Of a DNA stretch of 64,000 bases, positions 1-11,933 are shown one piece after another. The notes under the pieces were generated by a model that had not been told where the DNA came from, searched no databases, and saw only the letters and a list, made by a program, of their open reading frames with translations. Source of the DNA: Squalus acanthias (Eukaryota); NCBI GenBank assembly GCA_030390025.1, contig CM059432.1, positions 45,510,001 to 45,574,000 of the forward strand, in the 5' to 3' direction. The translations under genes were made by a program, and so were the position numbers. Within the stretch, counting starts at the first letter, position 1; every line of letters begins with the position of its first letter.

Positions 1-357
1 TTTGAAGGACTGGCTTTCCTACTGATGACATAGACCATCAGGAAAATATATCTATGACTAAAGTGCATGCTAATTTAATGCTTGGCCTTTTTCAAAGAAA
101 AACATATGTTCAGCCAGGCTTTAAACAATTTTTTGTATTAATATGTCTGAAGAGTAGAAATATGCAGAAGTCAATTCTTAGAATCCAGATCCAAGAAGAA
201 CCTTTCGATTAACTACACATTACTAGACATTTCATTTGGGTTAACAGTTGACAGAGCTTTCATTTTCTACAAAGGGTACACTTCCCCATGTACAAAATTA
301 TCTTAAGTACTACTTTGAAGAGATTTTCTTGGCAAATATTTTACAAATTATTTGTAC

Positions 358-449
358 CTCCATTTATTGTTGGTCCAGTCTTTCAATTTCAATCCAGGTA
401 GCTCCATCCAGTTGTCCAGACTAATCGTTAACATGGACCCTTTCATTAC
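358..449 (-). CDS. OSGIN2: OSGIN2 coding exon (VMKGSMLTISLDNWMELPGLKLKDWTNNKW(R)); the final exon lies outside the window
   Basis: Acceptor TTTTTTTAG| at 450 and donor AG|GTAC at 357; 92 nt. Matches the OSGIN2 GSMLTIS..WMELPGLK segment. Absent from the ORF track; translated by hand. Confidence 0.9.
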
Positions 450-744
450 CTAAAAAAATGTAACATTATTTTTATTGAGAGACCAAGTGAAGGGCCAGAC
501 CTGTAATGGAGATAGCACTAAGGTTGAAAAAAGTAAGAGATCAAGTAAATTATAAAAATATTCATCAAGTGATGCCAAGCTTGGGTTTTAGAAGCCTGAA
601 AGTTGGAGGAGGAAGGAAATACTAAGAGAGGTAAGGAGTTACACTAAAAGTTTTGAGGACCTAAGAATGAATGAGTTACAGTAGGAGGCTATATTATAAA
701 TCTTGATTTCAACATGGAAAATATAGGCCAAGATATCTGCTCCC

Positions 745-1035
745 ATCTAATTCTGGTCTCTTGAGCATCCCTGATTTAAATCGTTCAACCATTGGTGGCC
801 ATGTCTTCAAATGCCTAGGCCCTAAGCTCTGGAATTCCATCCCTAAACCTCTCCGCCTCTCTCTCCTCCTTTAAGACACTCCTTAAAACCTACCTTTTTG
901 ACCAAGCTTTTCAACATCTGCCCTAATTTCTCCTTAAGTGGCTCAGTGTCAAATGTTCTTTTATCACACTCCTGTGAAGCGCCGTGGGACATTTTAATGT
1001 ACTATGTTAAAGGCATAACATGAATACAAGTTGTA
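745..1035 (+). mobile_element. L2-type LINE 3' end fragment
   Basis: Aligns by eye to the 3' ends of the L2 copies at 15370-15660 and 38100-38410. Confidence 0.8.
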
Positions 1036-1779
1036 GGAGGAACAACAGTGTGTAGAATGGAAAGAGGTGTGAGAGCAATATTAAAAGTTTGGCAGACTTG
1101 GGTTTTATAAAGAGTTAAGGGTTGTGAGGGAAAAGAAGTATTTAGAACAAAAGAAGAATTTTAGTAGTGGAGGATACACGAGAGTTCCATTTGAGGTTGA
1201 GTAGATAATACAGCCAAAAATGTTGATAGATGAAGAAGGACTAAGAGTGGACCCATCAAAGGTGGGAAACAATAGCTGTTGGTTAGAGATGCAAGAAACT
1301 GAAGGGAACCAGGGAACCAATATTCTGCATCCCTTCTGACATGCTCCCATCATAAATCCAGTGGGAGTGCAACAGAATGGCTGTTAATTAGGCTGAATAC
1401 ATTGATCCTGGCCTTTCTCAGCAGTTTCCATGCAGACTTGATTGGGTCAGAGCCTCCACATCTCCAAAATACAGAGTCAGAGGGGGTGTGGCTGAGGAAA
1501 GGGAATTAAAAGCTTGCTTGTGTGGCCCACCTGGAGCTCCAGGCATGGGACATAGCCTGGATCCCAAAGACTTTAAAACTATCTGGCAAATTTGCAGCTC
1601 CTTTATAAAGGGGGCTGATGAACACACTGGCAGCAACTTTCCTACACTCCGCATTAATATTCCTGGCCTCGCCTCTCTGACAGGTGGCCAAGATATCTCC
1701 GTAATGGAGCAGCCACCTACCACAGGCATTATAATGAGTATATTTCAGTGGGAACAACACCAGAGGTAACCAGTGGGTT

Positions 1780-2120
1780 GTTCCAAGCACTTAAGCTGGG
1801 GTAAAAGGCTACAGATTTTTGAGACACAGTTTTTCATTGACCCATTGTAGAAAATCAAGATGCAATGATTCAGCCATTTCACTGCAAGGGGACTGGAGAC
1901 CGTTAATACAGATAAATGTAGCATGATGCACTGGGTAGGAGCAACTCCACGCATGTGTATACCAAGCAGGGTTGTGTGGTCAAGATTGCTGAGCGGGTGA
2001 AGGACCTGGGGGTTATAGATCACAAATCATTGAAGGTCCATGATCAATGCCGTGAGGCTGTTGCAAAAGCAAATACGGTGTTAGGATATATTGTCAAGAC
2101 ATTCAAATATAAAACTAGAA
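1780..2120 (+). mobile_element. Old degraded CR1-type RT fragment
   Basis: Peptide VKDLGVI..SLKVHDQCREAVAKANTVLGYI resembles the CR1 post-RT region. Confidence 0.6.
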
Positions 2121-2129
2121 ATACTACCC

Positions 2130-3050
2130 TTTCTGGCACTGAAACCCTTATCCATGCTTTTGTCACCCCAGGCTTGATTACTCAAATGTTCTTCTTGCTT
2201 ATCCATCACCTCCATCTTCAATAACAACACTGGCTCCCTTTCCCCAATTCATTCAATTTAAAATCCTCTTCCTTGTCTTCAAATCCATCCACTCTTCTCT
2301 ATCTCTGTACTGTCCTCCAGGCTTACATCGCAAAGTTATTATTCTTCGATTTCTGGACTCCTGTGCATCTCTCCCTCTACCTGCCCCACCAGGGCCTTGG
2401 TGAGACCACACCTTGAGTACTGTGCAGTTTTGGTCGCCTTATCTGAGGAAAGATGTTCTTGCCATGGAAGGAGTTCAGCGAAGATTCACAAGGCTGATAC
2501 CTGGGATGCCAGGAATGATGTATGAAGAGAGATTGGGTCGATTGGGCTTATATTCGCTGGAGTTTAGAAGAATGAGAGGGGATCTCATTGAAACTTATAA
2601 AATTCTGACAGGACAGGACAAACTAGATGCAGGAAGGATGTTCCCGATGGTCGGGGAGTCCAGAACCAGGGGTCACAGTCTAAGGATAAGGGGTAAGCCA
2701 TTTAGGACAGAAATGTGGAGGAATTTCTTCACCCAGAGAGTGGTGAACCTGTGGAATTCTCTGCCACAGAAGGCAGTAGAGGCCAATTCATTAAATAGAT
2801 TCAAGAAGGAGTTGGATATATTTCTTAAGGCTAAAGGGATCAAGGGATATGGGGAGAAAGCAGGGACAGGGTACTGAATTTGGATGATCAGCCATGATCG
2901 CATTGAATGGCGGAGCAGGCTAGAGGGGCCGAATAGCCTACTCCTGCTCCTATCTTCTATGATTCTATGATTCTATGATTGATGACAGAGCTTTCAGTTG
3001 CTCTTTGGAACTCCGTCCCTAAATCCTCTCACCGTCTACTTCTGTGCCTG
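2130..3050 (+). mobile_element. Degraded L2 3' fragment interrupted by a CR1 insertion at 2391-2980
   Basis: ETLIHAFVT motif and HWLP-like DNA; L2 sequence resumes after the CR1 tail (gatgacagagctttcag). Confidence 0.6.
2391..2980 (+). mobile_element. 5'-truncated CR1 LINE (3' end)
   Basis: ORF2 C-terminus VQFWSPYLRKD...WNSLP, 3' UTR hairpin and (TTCTATGA)n tail; near-identical to 22893-23475. Confidence 0.95.
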
Positions 3051-3222
3051 TTGTGTGAAGTTCTGTGCTGGGAGTGCTAATTCATAAAATCTACTCTTAT
3101 ATTCCACATTCCCACTGTGACCTAAGCAATATCTTCCACATTCATTATAGTAACTTCAGTATATCTAATTATCATTCGATATGCTATCAAATATTATGTT
3201 GCTTTGAAAATAAGATACTAAC

Positions 3223-3414
3223 ATGCCATGCACCACCAGGTGGCCCCTTTCCCAGCACTATATGAGGAATGCTCTTGTGATTTTCTAGTTTCCACTGTAG
3301 GACTGATGGGTAGTCAAACCTAAAGTCTGCATCAGGGTGAAGAAGGGTGTCAAAGAGCAGTGCCACAGGGTTAGATGACCTGCCTTCAAGACCTTCGGAT
3401 AGGTATTCCAAATC
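3223..3414 (-). CDS. OSGIN2: OSGIN2 coding exon (DLEYLSEGLEGRSSNPVALLFDTLLHPDAD...GKGPPGGAWH)
   Basis: Acceptor TTTCAG| at 3415 and donor |GTTAGT at 3222; 192 nt, phase 0/0. Diagnostic OSGIN peptide. Confidence 0.95.
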
Positions 3415-4109
3415 CTGAAAAAGGGAAAGATATATCGATCATCCGTCAGGATCCTTCTTATACCAGCACCCCATTATTAGCCATTTATCCTTTTACATTG
3501 ATTATTATATACTCATGCCCCAGTCTCCTCATGCCCCACACTTTTCCTTAGTTGAGAGATGGACCAGAGACCTGCTCCATGCCTCTGTCAGTGATTTTAT
3601 GGCCAGCCACCAAGAGATATGTCCTGGGATAACTGGACTTCTGGTTTTCTCTCACTCTATATGAGGAAGTGCTTGTCACCCACATAGTGCTCCTCCAAAA
3701 TAGCATTCTTGAGACTGAGAATGAATTTGGAAACCAGTTAACATGAACTCTATGGTGTGACATGTAGGTGCTCCAATGTGCTGTACTGCCATGCTTAACA
3801 AATTTAACACGGACACAGGTAATGTGAATGCTTTTCTAAAATCCTTAAAACATTCCACAAGTACAGTTTCTTATTTTTAACAAATAATACTATTTGCAAT
3901 TAAGTCTTTCATATGCAAGCTTTTGCTGATGCTATACATTCCATACTACTTGGGGCATTTCAAAGCAGAAATTAAGTATGCATTAAAAGAAGATTGTATT
4001 TTAGTATATTTGATAAGCTCTTTAAATTAAGGCCAATCTTAGGGATACTGAATAAAAAAGAAACAAAATTGAATGCATAAATACACAATATGCTGACAAT
4101 ACAACTGAC

Positions 4110-4246
4110 CTGATCTACAATAGAAAAATGTCTTCCTTCTTCCAGCTTGTTATGGAGGATTGGGTTTGGATGTACAGCTCCCGGTGCCATGTATGGTCTA
4201 TATCCAGAGAGCAGGTAGGAAAGACACATCCCAGAGGGACCATTTC
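4110..4246 (-). CDS. OSGIN2: OSGIN2 coding exon ((G)NGPSGMCLSYLLSGYRPY...RHFSIVDQ)
   Basis: Acceptor CCAG| at 4247 and donor |GTCAGT at 4109; 137 nt, phase 1 to phase 0. Completes the IGNGPSG (GxGxxG) dinucleotide-binding motif. Confidence 0.95.
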
Positions 4247-4352
4247 CTGGATTAATAATTTTCGCAAAATTGTTATATTAACATAATGTTTCTAAAACAA
4301 ATTTAAAAATGCAATGGGGTCATGTTAACTTAACCCACCCCATGGGTTCTAG

Positions 4353-4882
4353 TAAGGAGTGTGATGGAATACTCTCCACTTGCCTGGATGAGTGCAGCTC
4401 CAATAACACTCAAGAAGCTCGACACCATTCAGGACAAAGTAGCCTGCTTGATTGGCACCCCATCCACCACCTTAAACATTCATTCCCTCCACCACTGGCG
4501 CACCGTGGCTGCAGTGTGTACCATCTACAAGATGCACTGCAGCAACTCGCCAAGGCTTCTTCGGCAGCACCTCCCAAACCCGCGACCTCTTCCACCTAGA
4601 AGGACAAGGGCAGCAGGCGCATGGGAACACCACCACCTCCAAGTTCTCCTCCAAGTCACACACCATCCTGACTTAGAAGTATATCGCCGTTCCTTCATCG
4701 TCGCTGGGTCAAAATCCTGGAACTCCCTCCCTAACAGCACTGTGGGAGTACCTTCACCACACGGACTGCAGCGGTTCAAGAAGGCGGCTCACCACCACCT
4801 TCTCAAGGGCAATTAGAGATGGGCAATAAATGCTGACCTTGCCAGCGACGCCCACATCCCATGAACGAATGCTAAAAAAAAA
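4353..4882 (+). mobile_element. 5'-truncated copy (Z0) of the CR1/Zenon-like single-ORF LINE
   Basis: MEYSPLAWMSAAP...KKAAHHHLLKGN* followed by a 3' stem-loop and A tail; same family as 26285-32603. Confidence 0.9.
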
Positions 4883-4884
4883 AT

Positions 4885-5035
4885 GGGTAATTGACCGGTG
4901 CTGGTAAGCAGCCCACTTTATACTTAGTGTGACTTTACTCTCCATCTAAGTCAATGGAAAGTAAAATCGCGCAAAATGTGAAACGGGGGGGGAACTGCTC
5001 AGTTTTCCACCAAACGGGTAAGTTAAAATGACCCC
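4885..5035. mobile_element. Degraded MITE with GGGTAATT-type ends
   Basis: Ends gggtaatt...aaaatgacccc; internal similarity to 6502-6642. Confidence 0.45.
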
Positions 5036-6237
5036 TTAAATCTTTCCAAATCTACACGTTCAAATAATATGACAATTTTAATAACTCAAATGTGAAATTA
5101 GAGAATTAAATCAACAATAACAATATAAACCTAAAAATTTCTATTTGTGGTATAACTGCAAGAATAATTAAGCCTTTCATGTAACCAAGGCTTAATCCAT
5201 TAAAATAAACATTAAGACAGTCCCCACCGCTTATAGCAGGCGCATTCGTGCAAACGTGATTTACCCGCAATATGCGATGGCCGGTATAACGTGTGATAAT
5301 GACAGAGTTTGAGCCGACAGTTATATTTAAAATATCAAGCCAGTCTTTACATTTGACTCTATACTTCCGGTAATGGTTAATGTGCTCCTGGTTATGCCTT
5401 TCCCATTTTGAATGTAGGTTTGACTGACTTCCAGAAGACATTTTCTACCAAAGAATTGACAAGAATTCAAACAACTGTGCCCCATGACTGCAACATAACA
5501 TTGCATCTGAGACTGCATCAAGACTGGGTATCGTTTAAAAAAGCAACTGAATTTAGACCATTGATGTAGCTTCTTATTTTCTGGAGTAGTTATCTGACCA
5601 AAAGGAGAAAAGAATTAAATTAAACAAACACTTTAAATTCATTAGCTCATGCAGTCATTTGGCTATTGGTAGTAGTCTTGTACCATGTTAATCTTTGATC
5701 TCAAAGAACAGTTGGAATCTTGGAGGTTCTGTATTTCATGTACATTATCCATTTGCATTAACATCAATTTAAAGCGGTGCCTGTGTATGTAGCTCCACCG
5801 CTTTAATACTGGTTGTTTTATTCACTTCTTCAATTACTGTGCAGCTAACACACTTGTTCTAATTTGATCTAAGGTGGTAACAGTGGCTTGTGCCAGTCTA
5901 ATGAGCTGATTATTGCCTGGTTGAGCGAACCAGTGAGTAAGCACAGCTGTTTCTGCCCAAAATAAACTGAGCACTTAAGACACTATAACCGACAACTTTG
6001 AAATTGACTTTACTGCAAATGAATACTGGTTATCCCTTTTTGGCCAATAGAAGTGACGGCCCATTTTAAAAGTGGTGGGGACGACTAGAAGAATGAGTAC
6101 AGTAGCCAAAATTGTGATCCTAAAAATCCCACTTCAATTAGAGGAGTGTAAAAACCTGGCAGAACCATGTATGAAGGAATAGAAGAATAAACGAAAATAC
6201 AAGAAGTGTTTAGTGTGGCTTATTTTCAACTGACAAA

Positions 6238-6362
6238 GGGGGTCTTTGGGTGATTGTGTAAAATGGGCAATATTGGATCAGCAGCCCATTATACATCTAT
6301 CTTGATGTCCATTTCCGTTGAAGTCAAGGTTTACACTATCACCCAAAGTCAAAATTACCCCC
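6238..6362. mobile_element. Degraded MITE
   Basis: Inverted repeat ctttgggtgattgtgtaaa / tttacactatcacccaaag ending in aaaattacccc. Confidence 0.55.
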
Positions 6363-6501
6363 ACAGAAGCGACATAACTATTTAAAATTCAACCCCAAAT
6401 AAACTGCTATTTTTGATAATGATTCACATAGCAGATAAAATTCATGTCATTACAGTTGATGCTTATATCCTTTTTTAGAATCATACAATAATCCAGTTTC
6501 T

Positions 6502-6642
6502 GGGGGTATCTAATCCGCCTGGCAGGAAACTGACTGGTTCATATTGACCACCCGTTATACACCTCACCTGATTTCACTTTCCATTGACGTCAATTTCGAT
6601 TCTATCATTTTCCCGCCACATGGGTTAGGTTAAAATTACCCC
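6502..6642. mobile_element. Degraded MITE followed by a poly-C tract (to ~6663)
   Basis: ggggta..ctaatccgcctggcaggaaa / tttcccgccacatgggttagg..ttacccc imperfect TIRs. Confidence 0.5.
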
Positions 6643-6999
6643 CCCCCCCCCCCTCCCCCCCCCACAACATTTGGTATTGTAGCATTGCCTAGAGGCTCAA
6701 ACAGAAGCCCTTGTTACTATATTTAGTGTATTGGGTTAACAGGAGAAAACCATCTAATAAGCTTTCTGTTGTTTCTCCAGTCGGAGCACGAGCTCTCACA
6801 TGATCTTGATAATTGAAAAGTGATAGAATAAAGATTCTGCCAGAGAATGGTTTAGGTTAAAATCTATAGAGCAGGGTTATTAATAACTGATTATTAATAG
6901 CAACGACAATACAAAATGTTGGACTCATGCTCCCTGCCTCAGATAACAACAACAAAAAATAGTGAACGAAAGTGACACTACCTCTACTGATACTAAAAG

Positions 7000-7383
7000 A
7001 AAGGACTAACATTTAAATAGCACCTTTCGCAACCTCAGGACATCCGAATGCGCTTTACAGCCAATGAAGTAATTTTGAAATGTAGTCACTGTTGTAATGT
7101 AGGGAAACGCAGAAGCCAATATGCGCATAAGATCCTACAAACAACCCCCCTGCTCTTCTTCCAATAGTGCCATGGGATTTGTTTATGTCCACCTGAGAAG
7201 GCAGATGGGGCCTCGGTTCAACATTTCCTCTAAAAGACGACATCTCTAACAGTACAGCAATCCTTCAGTTCTGCACCGAGGTGTCAGCCGAGATCATGTG
7301 CTCAAGGCTCTGGAGTTGGGTTGGAAACCCACGATGTTCTGACTCAGGGACGAGAGTGCTACCACTGAGCCAAGACTGATACC
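7000..7383 (-). mobile_element. tRNA-derived DeuSINE (SacSINE1-like)
   Basis: Minus-strand head with A box TGGCTCAGTGG and B-box-like GGTTTCCAACCC, a Deu-like core (aaccgaggccccatctgcc..caggtggac) and an L2-like tail. Confidence 0.8.
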
Positions 7384-7839
7384 TAAGAATGTATGCATTC
7401 AGATAACACCTTTTACACCTTCAGGAGATTCACAGCTAATGAATTACTTTTTAAGTACAGTTACTGCTGTGGTAAAATGCAGCAGCCAATCTGCACACAG
7501 CAAGGTCCCACAAACAGCAATGAGATAAATGACCGAGTAATTCTTCACAGTTGGGACACTTTAAAAAATGTTTCAGCAAAAATGGCATACATTCCAATTA
7601 GGTTAGATGTCCTCAATATGGTGATCAAGAAACTCAGGTATTCTAACAGATCTCGTAACATGAAGGCCAATAAACAGCAGGAGTGCTGGTGTTAAACTAC
7701 TGCATGGCCAATTAAAAATCCTCCTATCCTGTATATATACTCACATCTGTATCCGGTTACTTGTGAATTGTGCTTGTGCTGGGATTCATAATGATTATAA
7801 ATATTTGGGAATGTGGCAAAAAAGCAGGGGGGAACTTAC

Positions 7840-7906
7840 CTATAATTATGACAGGTACATTTAATGAGAGGTCTCCAAGGAGAGTGGTTTCTTCCAGTAA
7901 TGGCAT
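7840..7906 (-). CDS. OSGIN2: OSGIN2 first coding exon (MPLLEETTLLGDLSLNVPVIIIG); the exon probably starts at the acceptor at 8002
   Basis: ATG at 7906-7904. The peptide matches my recollection of the vertebrate OSGIN2 N-terminus (MPLVEETSLL...PVVIIG). Donor G|GTAAGT at 7839. 67 coding nt leave phase 1, matching the next exon. Confidence 0.9.
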
Positions 7907-8473
7907 CGCAATCTTGCTGGAACAATAACTGGGCAGTGCTTCTCCTACTGTTTCATTTTCCACGCTCAAGCTTCTTAAGTCTCAATTCTGTTGTGGTTCA
8001 GACTAAGTGAAAGTAAATAAGATGCTTTAATTACAGTGTATTTTTCTCTCTAAGGTAAGCTTCAGTCTTTTAAGCACACGTGGCAAACTTTCAGTGTCAA
8101 AGGAAGTTTGTTTTAAAGTGCAATTAAACAGTAATTAGAATGAATATATATTCACAATATATCTTTGTTATAAAAGTCAATGCTTTCAGTTGAATGTAGC
8201 CCAAGGTGATAAATGGAACAGAACGAAAGTGATCGCCTAAATTTTAAAAGAGGAGAAAGAGCCACCCAGTATTTATTAGTAGAGTTTTGGCTTTTCAACC
8301 AATGTCGTGAACTGAGGTCCCAGCATCAGATTTTTCAGACTTTCCTGAGCAGATTGGCTGAGTTTTAGCGCTTTTCAGTTCACCTAGGTAATGGAGCACT
8401 AAATAACAGTTATCAACCTGTTTCCTAGAGCAGTAGGGGGCAGAAAAACATAATGTGATCCCTTACAAGACAT

Positions 8474-9830
8474 AGGCGTTGAATTTCCTGGACATTTCCA
8501 GCATTGAATGCCGTTGGTAATTTTTTTCAGCGAGGAAACGAATGGGGAAGTCGTTTCCGCCACTTGTGCACCTTTAAATGGCTTCCCTCAAGTTTCCTTG
8601 TGATCGGAGAGCCATTCTGCAATCTGTCCACTAGTGGCTATTGGCCTTGTTCACATTCGCTGCCTGTCAGCCAGTGGTGATGTAGATGAGAGTTTCCTGG
8701 ACTTACCCAGCTAGTGCACTCGGGGGGTAAGGTACACCTGTTTGTATTAGGTGCAGCAGCTGTCAGGAACAGCTGTGAAAGGTGGAAGTGAGGAGTTCCT
8801 GACAGAGAAGAGCCTGCAGATCTTTTATTGAAGATCGCTAATGGTATGAAACAAAGGTTTTTTTTTGCATTCTGCCTACAGACATCCGTACTCATTTCTG
8901 ACTGCTTCCCAGAGGGTCAGAGTGACGGCATTTTGGACACGGCCAATTCTCCACCCCACCCAAAGTCAAGGATACTCAGCAGGAGGCATGGTATTCCCTA
9001 TGGGCACCTATTCTCATGCTTCGTCTTGGCATCACCTGAAGGCAGGATCGCGGGAGATGGTTGGCTCCGTGTCCTACACAGAAGGGACATGGGACCAATG
9101 GCTCACATCCCATGACAGATGGCTCCTGGCATGGAGCCGTTGTTGGCTGCATCTCTGGAGGGTGCTCCTGTTTCACTGGCATGGTGCTCTGAGGGGGTCA
9201 GCTGGAGACATGGCATGTGCTGCTGTCCTGAGGGATAGCATAATCATGCAGCTGCGAATCCTGGGTGGCCTGGTCCTCATCATCCTCTTCAGCATCATCT
9301 TCCTCCTCTTGTGCTATCTGCTGCTGTGGTGGATCTGCGTGAAAGGAGAGTAGAATCTAAGAATGAGTGACCATCACCCACTTTGGATTGAGGAGACAGA
9401 GAATGGGGTGGTAGGTTCTGTCTGTGAGGTGCTTCACATGGATGCCAGGGCGACAGTGCAGTTGTTCAGTCAGTAACCACACACTGGCAGGATGCCAACT
9501 TCAGCATTTCCCAGGGCAAGAGCTGCGTGCCTACCCGCAAGCTGCCTGGCCTTGTCCTTGAAGGGGGTGAGGGGTTTAAAGATGGGAAAGCCCCTTTTGG
9601 TGGCCTGCTTTTGGCAGTCATTGTGCGGCAATTTCTCTTGCAAAGAGATAAGTAAATGAAGGTAAGGCTGGCAATTAAAGAGTATGTGGCAAGTGGCATA
9701 GGTGAGGTGAAGTAATAGAAGTGAGGGTGTGAGGGTGTGAAAGCAGAAGATGGGACATTAGAGTTGTGCAAGGCAGCTGTTGTGTGTTAGGTGAGCTGTA
9801 TAGTCATAATGCAGGACAGGGAGTTACACT
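8474..9830 (-). mobile_element. Degraded PIF/Harbinger remnant (Myb/SANT gene exons 2-3)
   Basis: Exon-2-like EKLPHNDCQKQATKRG (compare KVAHNRREQQQTDGG) and an acidic exon-3-like segment after the acceptor at ~9337; TIR-like ggcgttgaattt at the left end. Confidence 0.5.
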
Positions 9831-9889
9831 AGGGACGAGTTACTAAGTCCAATCACTGTGCAGTGATCCATGCTGTAAAAGTATAAGCT

Positions 9890-10030
9890 TTCAAGACAGA
9901 TTGATAGATTTTTGTTAGTTAGGGGTATCAAAGGATATGGAGCAAAGGCAGATAAATGGAGTCGAGGTACAGATCAGCCATGATCTAATTGAATGGCGAA
10001 GCAGGCTTGAGGGTCTGAATGTCCTACTCC
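9890..10030 (+). mobile_element. CR1 3' tail fragment
   Basis: agatcagccatgatctaattgaatggcg...cctactcctgttcct tail motif. Confidence 0.8.
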
Positions 10031-10177
10031 TGTTCCTAATGTTCCTATGTATGTGTATGGATATTGGGTGAGGACTGGATTAGACCTGGGTGTGATGCCT
10101 CTCATGGATAAGCACTCACTGGCTAGGCTCACAGGTGAAGAACATTTGAATGAGGTACCAGTGGGTTGCTGTTACTT

Positions 10178-10680
10178 AGAATCGTAGAAATTTATGGCAC
10201 AGAAGGAGGCCATTCGGCCCATCGTGTCGGTGCTGGCCGAAAATGAGTTATCCAGCCTAATCCCACTTTCCAGCTCTTGGTCCATAGCCTTGCAGGTTAC
10301 AGCACTTCAAGTGCATATCCAAGCACTTTTTAAATGCGATGAGGGTTTCTGCATCTACCACTCTTTCAGGCAGTGAGTTCCAGACCCCCACCACCCTCAG
10401 TGAAAAAAGTTCTCCTCAACTCCCCTCTAATCCTTCTATCAATTACTTTAAATCTATGCCCCCTGGTATTGACCTCTCTGCTATGGGAAATAGATGCTTC
10501 TTATCCACCCTATCTAAGGCCTCTCATAATTTTATACACCTCAATTAAATCTCCCCTCAGCCTCCTCTGTTCCAAAGAAAACAACCCCAGCCTATTCAAT
10601 CCTTCCTCATAGCTAAAATTCCCCAGTCCTGGCAACATCCTCGTAAACCTCCTATGTACCCTCTTTAGTGCAAGCACATC
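10178..10680 (-). mobile_element. CR1 3' fragment
   Basis: The reverse strand encodes the CR1 ORF2 C-terminus and 3' UTR; same family as 45830-46020. Confidence 0.85.
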
Positions 10681-11389
10681 TTACTTCTGGAACTGTCTTC
10701 ACGTGAGAAGAGGAAAAATTGAAGCAGCTATTAAAATCATTTTAGCTTTTAAAGGACAGTTAGAAATGCTTACCTTCACTAATAGTGGGTTGATCAACAG
10801 CTGAAAGAAAAAATAGATTAACATTTCAGGTATAACCCTTCACCATCAGCAATTTTGTTTTTATTTTAGATTTCCAATATTCTCAGTTCTCTTTTTATTC
10901 AGAGTTTAATTAGTGTCACTTTGGGCTCGATTTTTATAGAGGAGGCAGGTTGAGGGCGGGTCCGCTGCTTGGCAGATTTCGGACCCGCTCCCGGATGCCA
11001 CCGGCCCGCAGTTCTGATTTTTGCTCGATTGGCCTCCTTACGGCTGACGTGTTGGTCCCTCCAGGCAATTGTTTGGAGCATGTCAGATTCTCGCCTCTGA
11101 CTACGCGTTTTTGGAGTAAAAATTTAAAGGGGCCATGTCCCCTTTGCAAAAAATGTAACTGGAATGGCTTGGTGCTGTATTATCTAGAAAGGGGAGTTGA
11201 CAGTGGCTGGTGTGAACACAAATAATTGAATGAAATTGCTGGTCATATTATTCCAGAAAGACATTTATGATTTTTTAATCTATCGATGTAGTATGTGACT
11301 AAGAAATGAAAAATATGCCAGATGTGTTCCAATGATTGGCTTAATAAAATTAATGCTTTTTTCTCTTAAAAGTGCCGGCTGCTGCAGGA

Positions 11390-11630
11390 ATGACAGCCCC
11401 AAAAACTAAGGCTGCACCCAGGTTTAATGAGGGCTCTCTCCATGCTCTTGTGGAGGGAGTTAGAGGACGTCAGGACGTCCTCTTCCCTGGAAACGGAAGG
11501 AGGAGGCCTCCTCAGCAAACCAAGGCAGCTTGGCTGCAAATTGCTGAGGAGGTGAGTTCTAGGTCTGTGTGCAGACGCACATGGGTTTAGTGTCGAAAAA
11601 GGTTTAATGATCTGCTGAGATCACCTAAAG
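11390..11630 (+). pseudogene. Harbinger Myb/SANT-like protein exon 1 (premature TAG at 11588)
   Basis: APRFNEGSLHALVEGV...AAWLQIAEEVS...RTWV*CRKRFNDL, a typical Myb/SANT-like helix pattern. Confidence 0.8.
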
Positions 11631-11933
11631 TGTGGCCTCTGTGTTCTGGGAAATGGAAATTCAAGAGTGAGGGCTCAGGGTGAATGCCATGTAGAATGTT
11701 GGTGGTGACACTGAGCGCTTTAGTAGACAGATGATGCCTGGGGTTTTGAGGATGTCAGACGTATATTCCTCCATGTGCCAGCCACCTGTGGTTGAAGCAT
11801 AAGCTTACGCGAATCTGGCATGGATGAGTGCATCCCTTGCCTGACAGCCAGCAATGTGTTCACCTGCTGCTGGATTGACCACATCCGGCCCCGCAAAGCG
11901 TCACTTCACGTCCTTCTCCTCCTCCTCTTCCTC

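Noticed and set aside
5215..5330. CpG-rich patch with a Tigger-like CAGT start in an OSGIN2 intron
   Set aside because: No matching second TIR; cannot be classified.
8828..9353. 162-aa plus-strand ORF with a hydrophobic C-terminus resembling a membrane protein
   Set aside because: It is the antisense reading of an acidic GAG/GAT-rich Harbinger Myb exon remnant.
10797..10890. Third hammerhead/Penelope fragment
   Set aside because: Resembles the pLTR motif, but the core is too degenerate to call.
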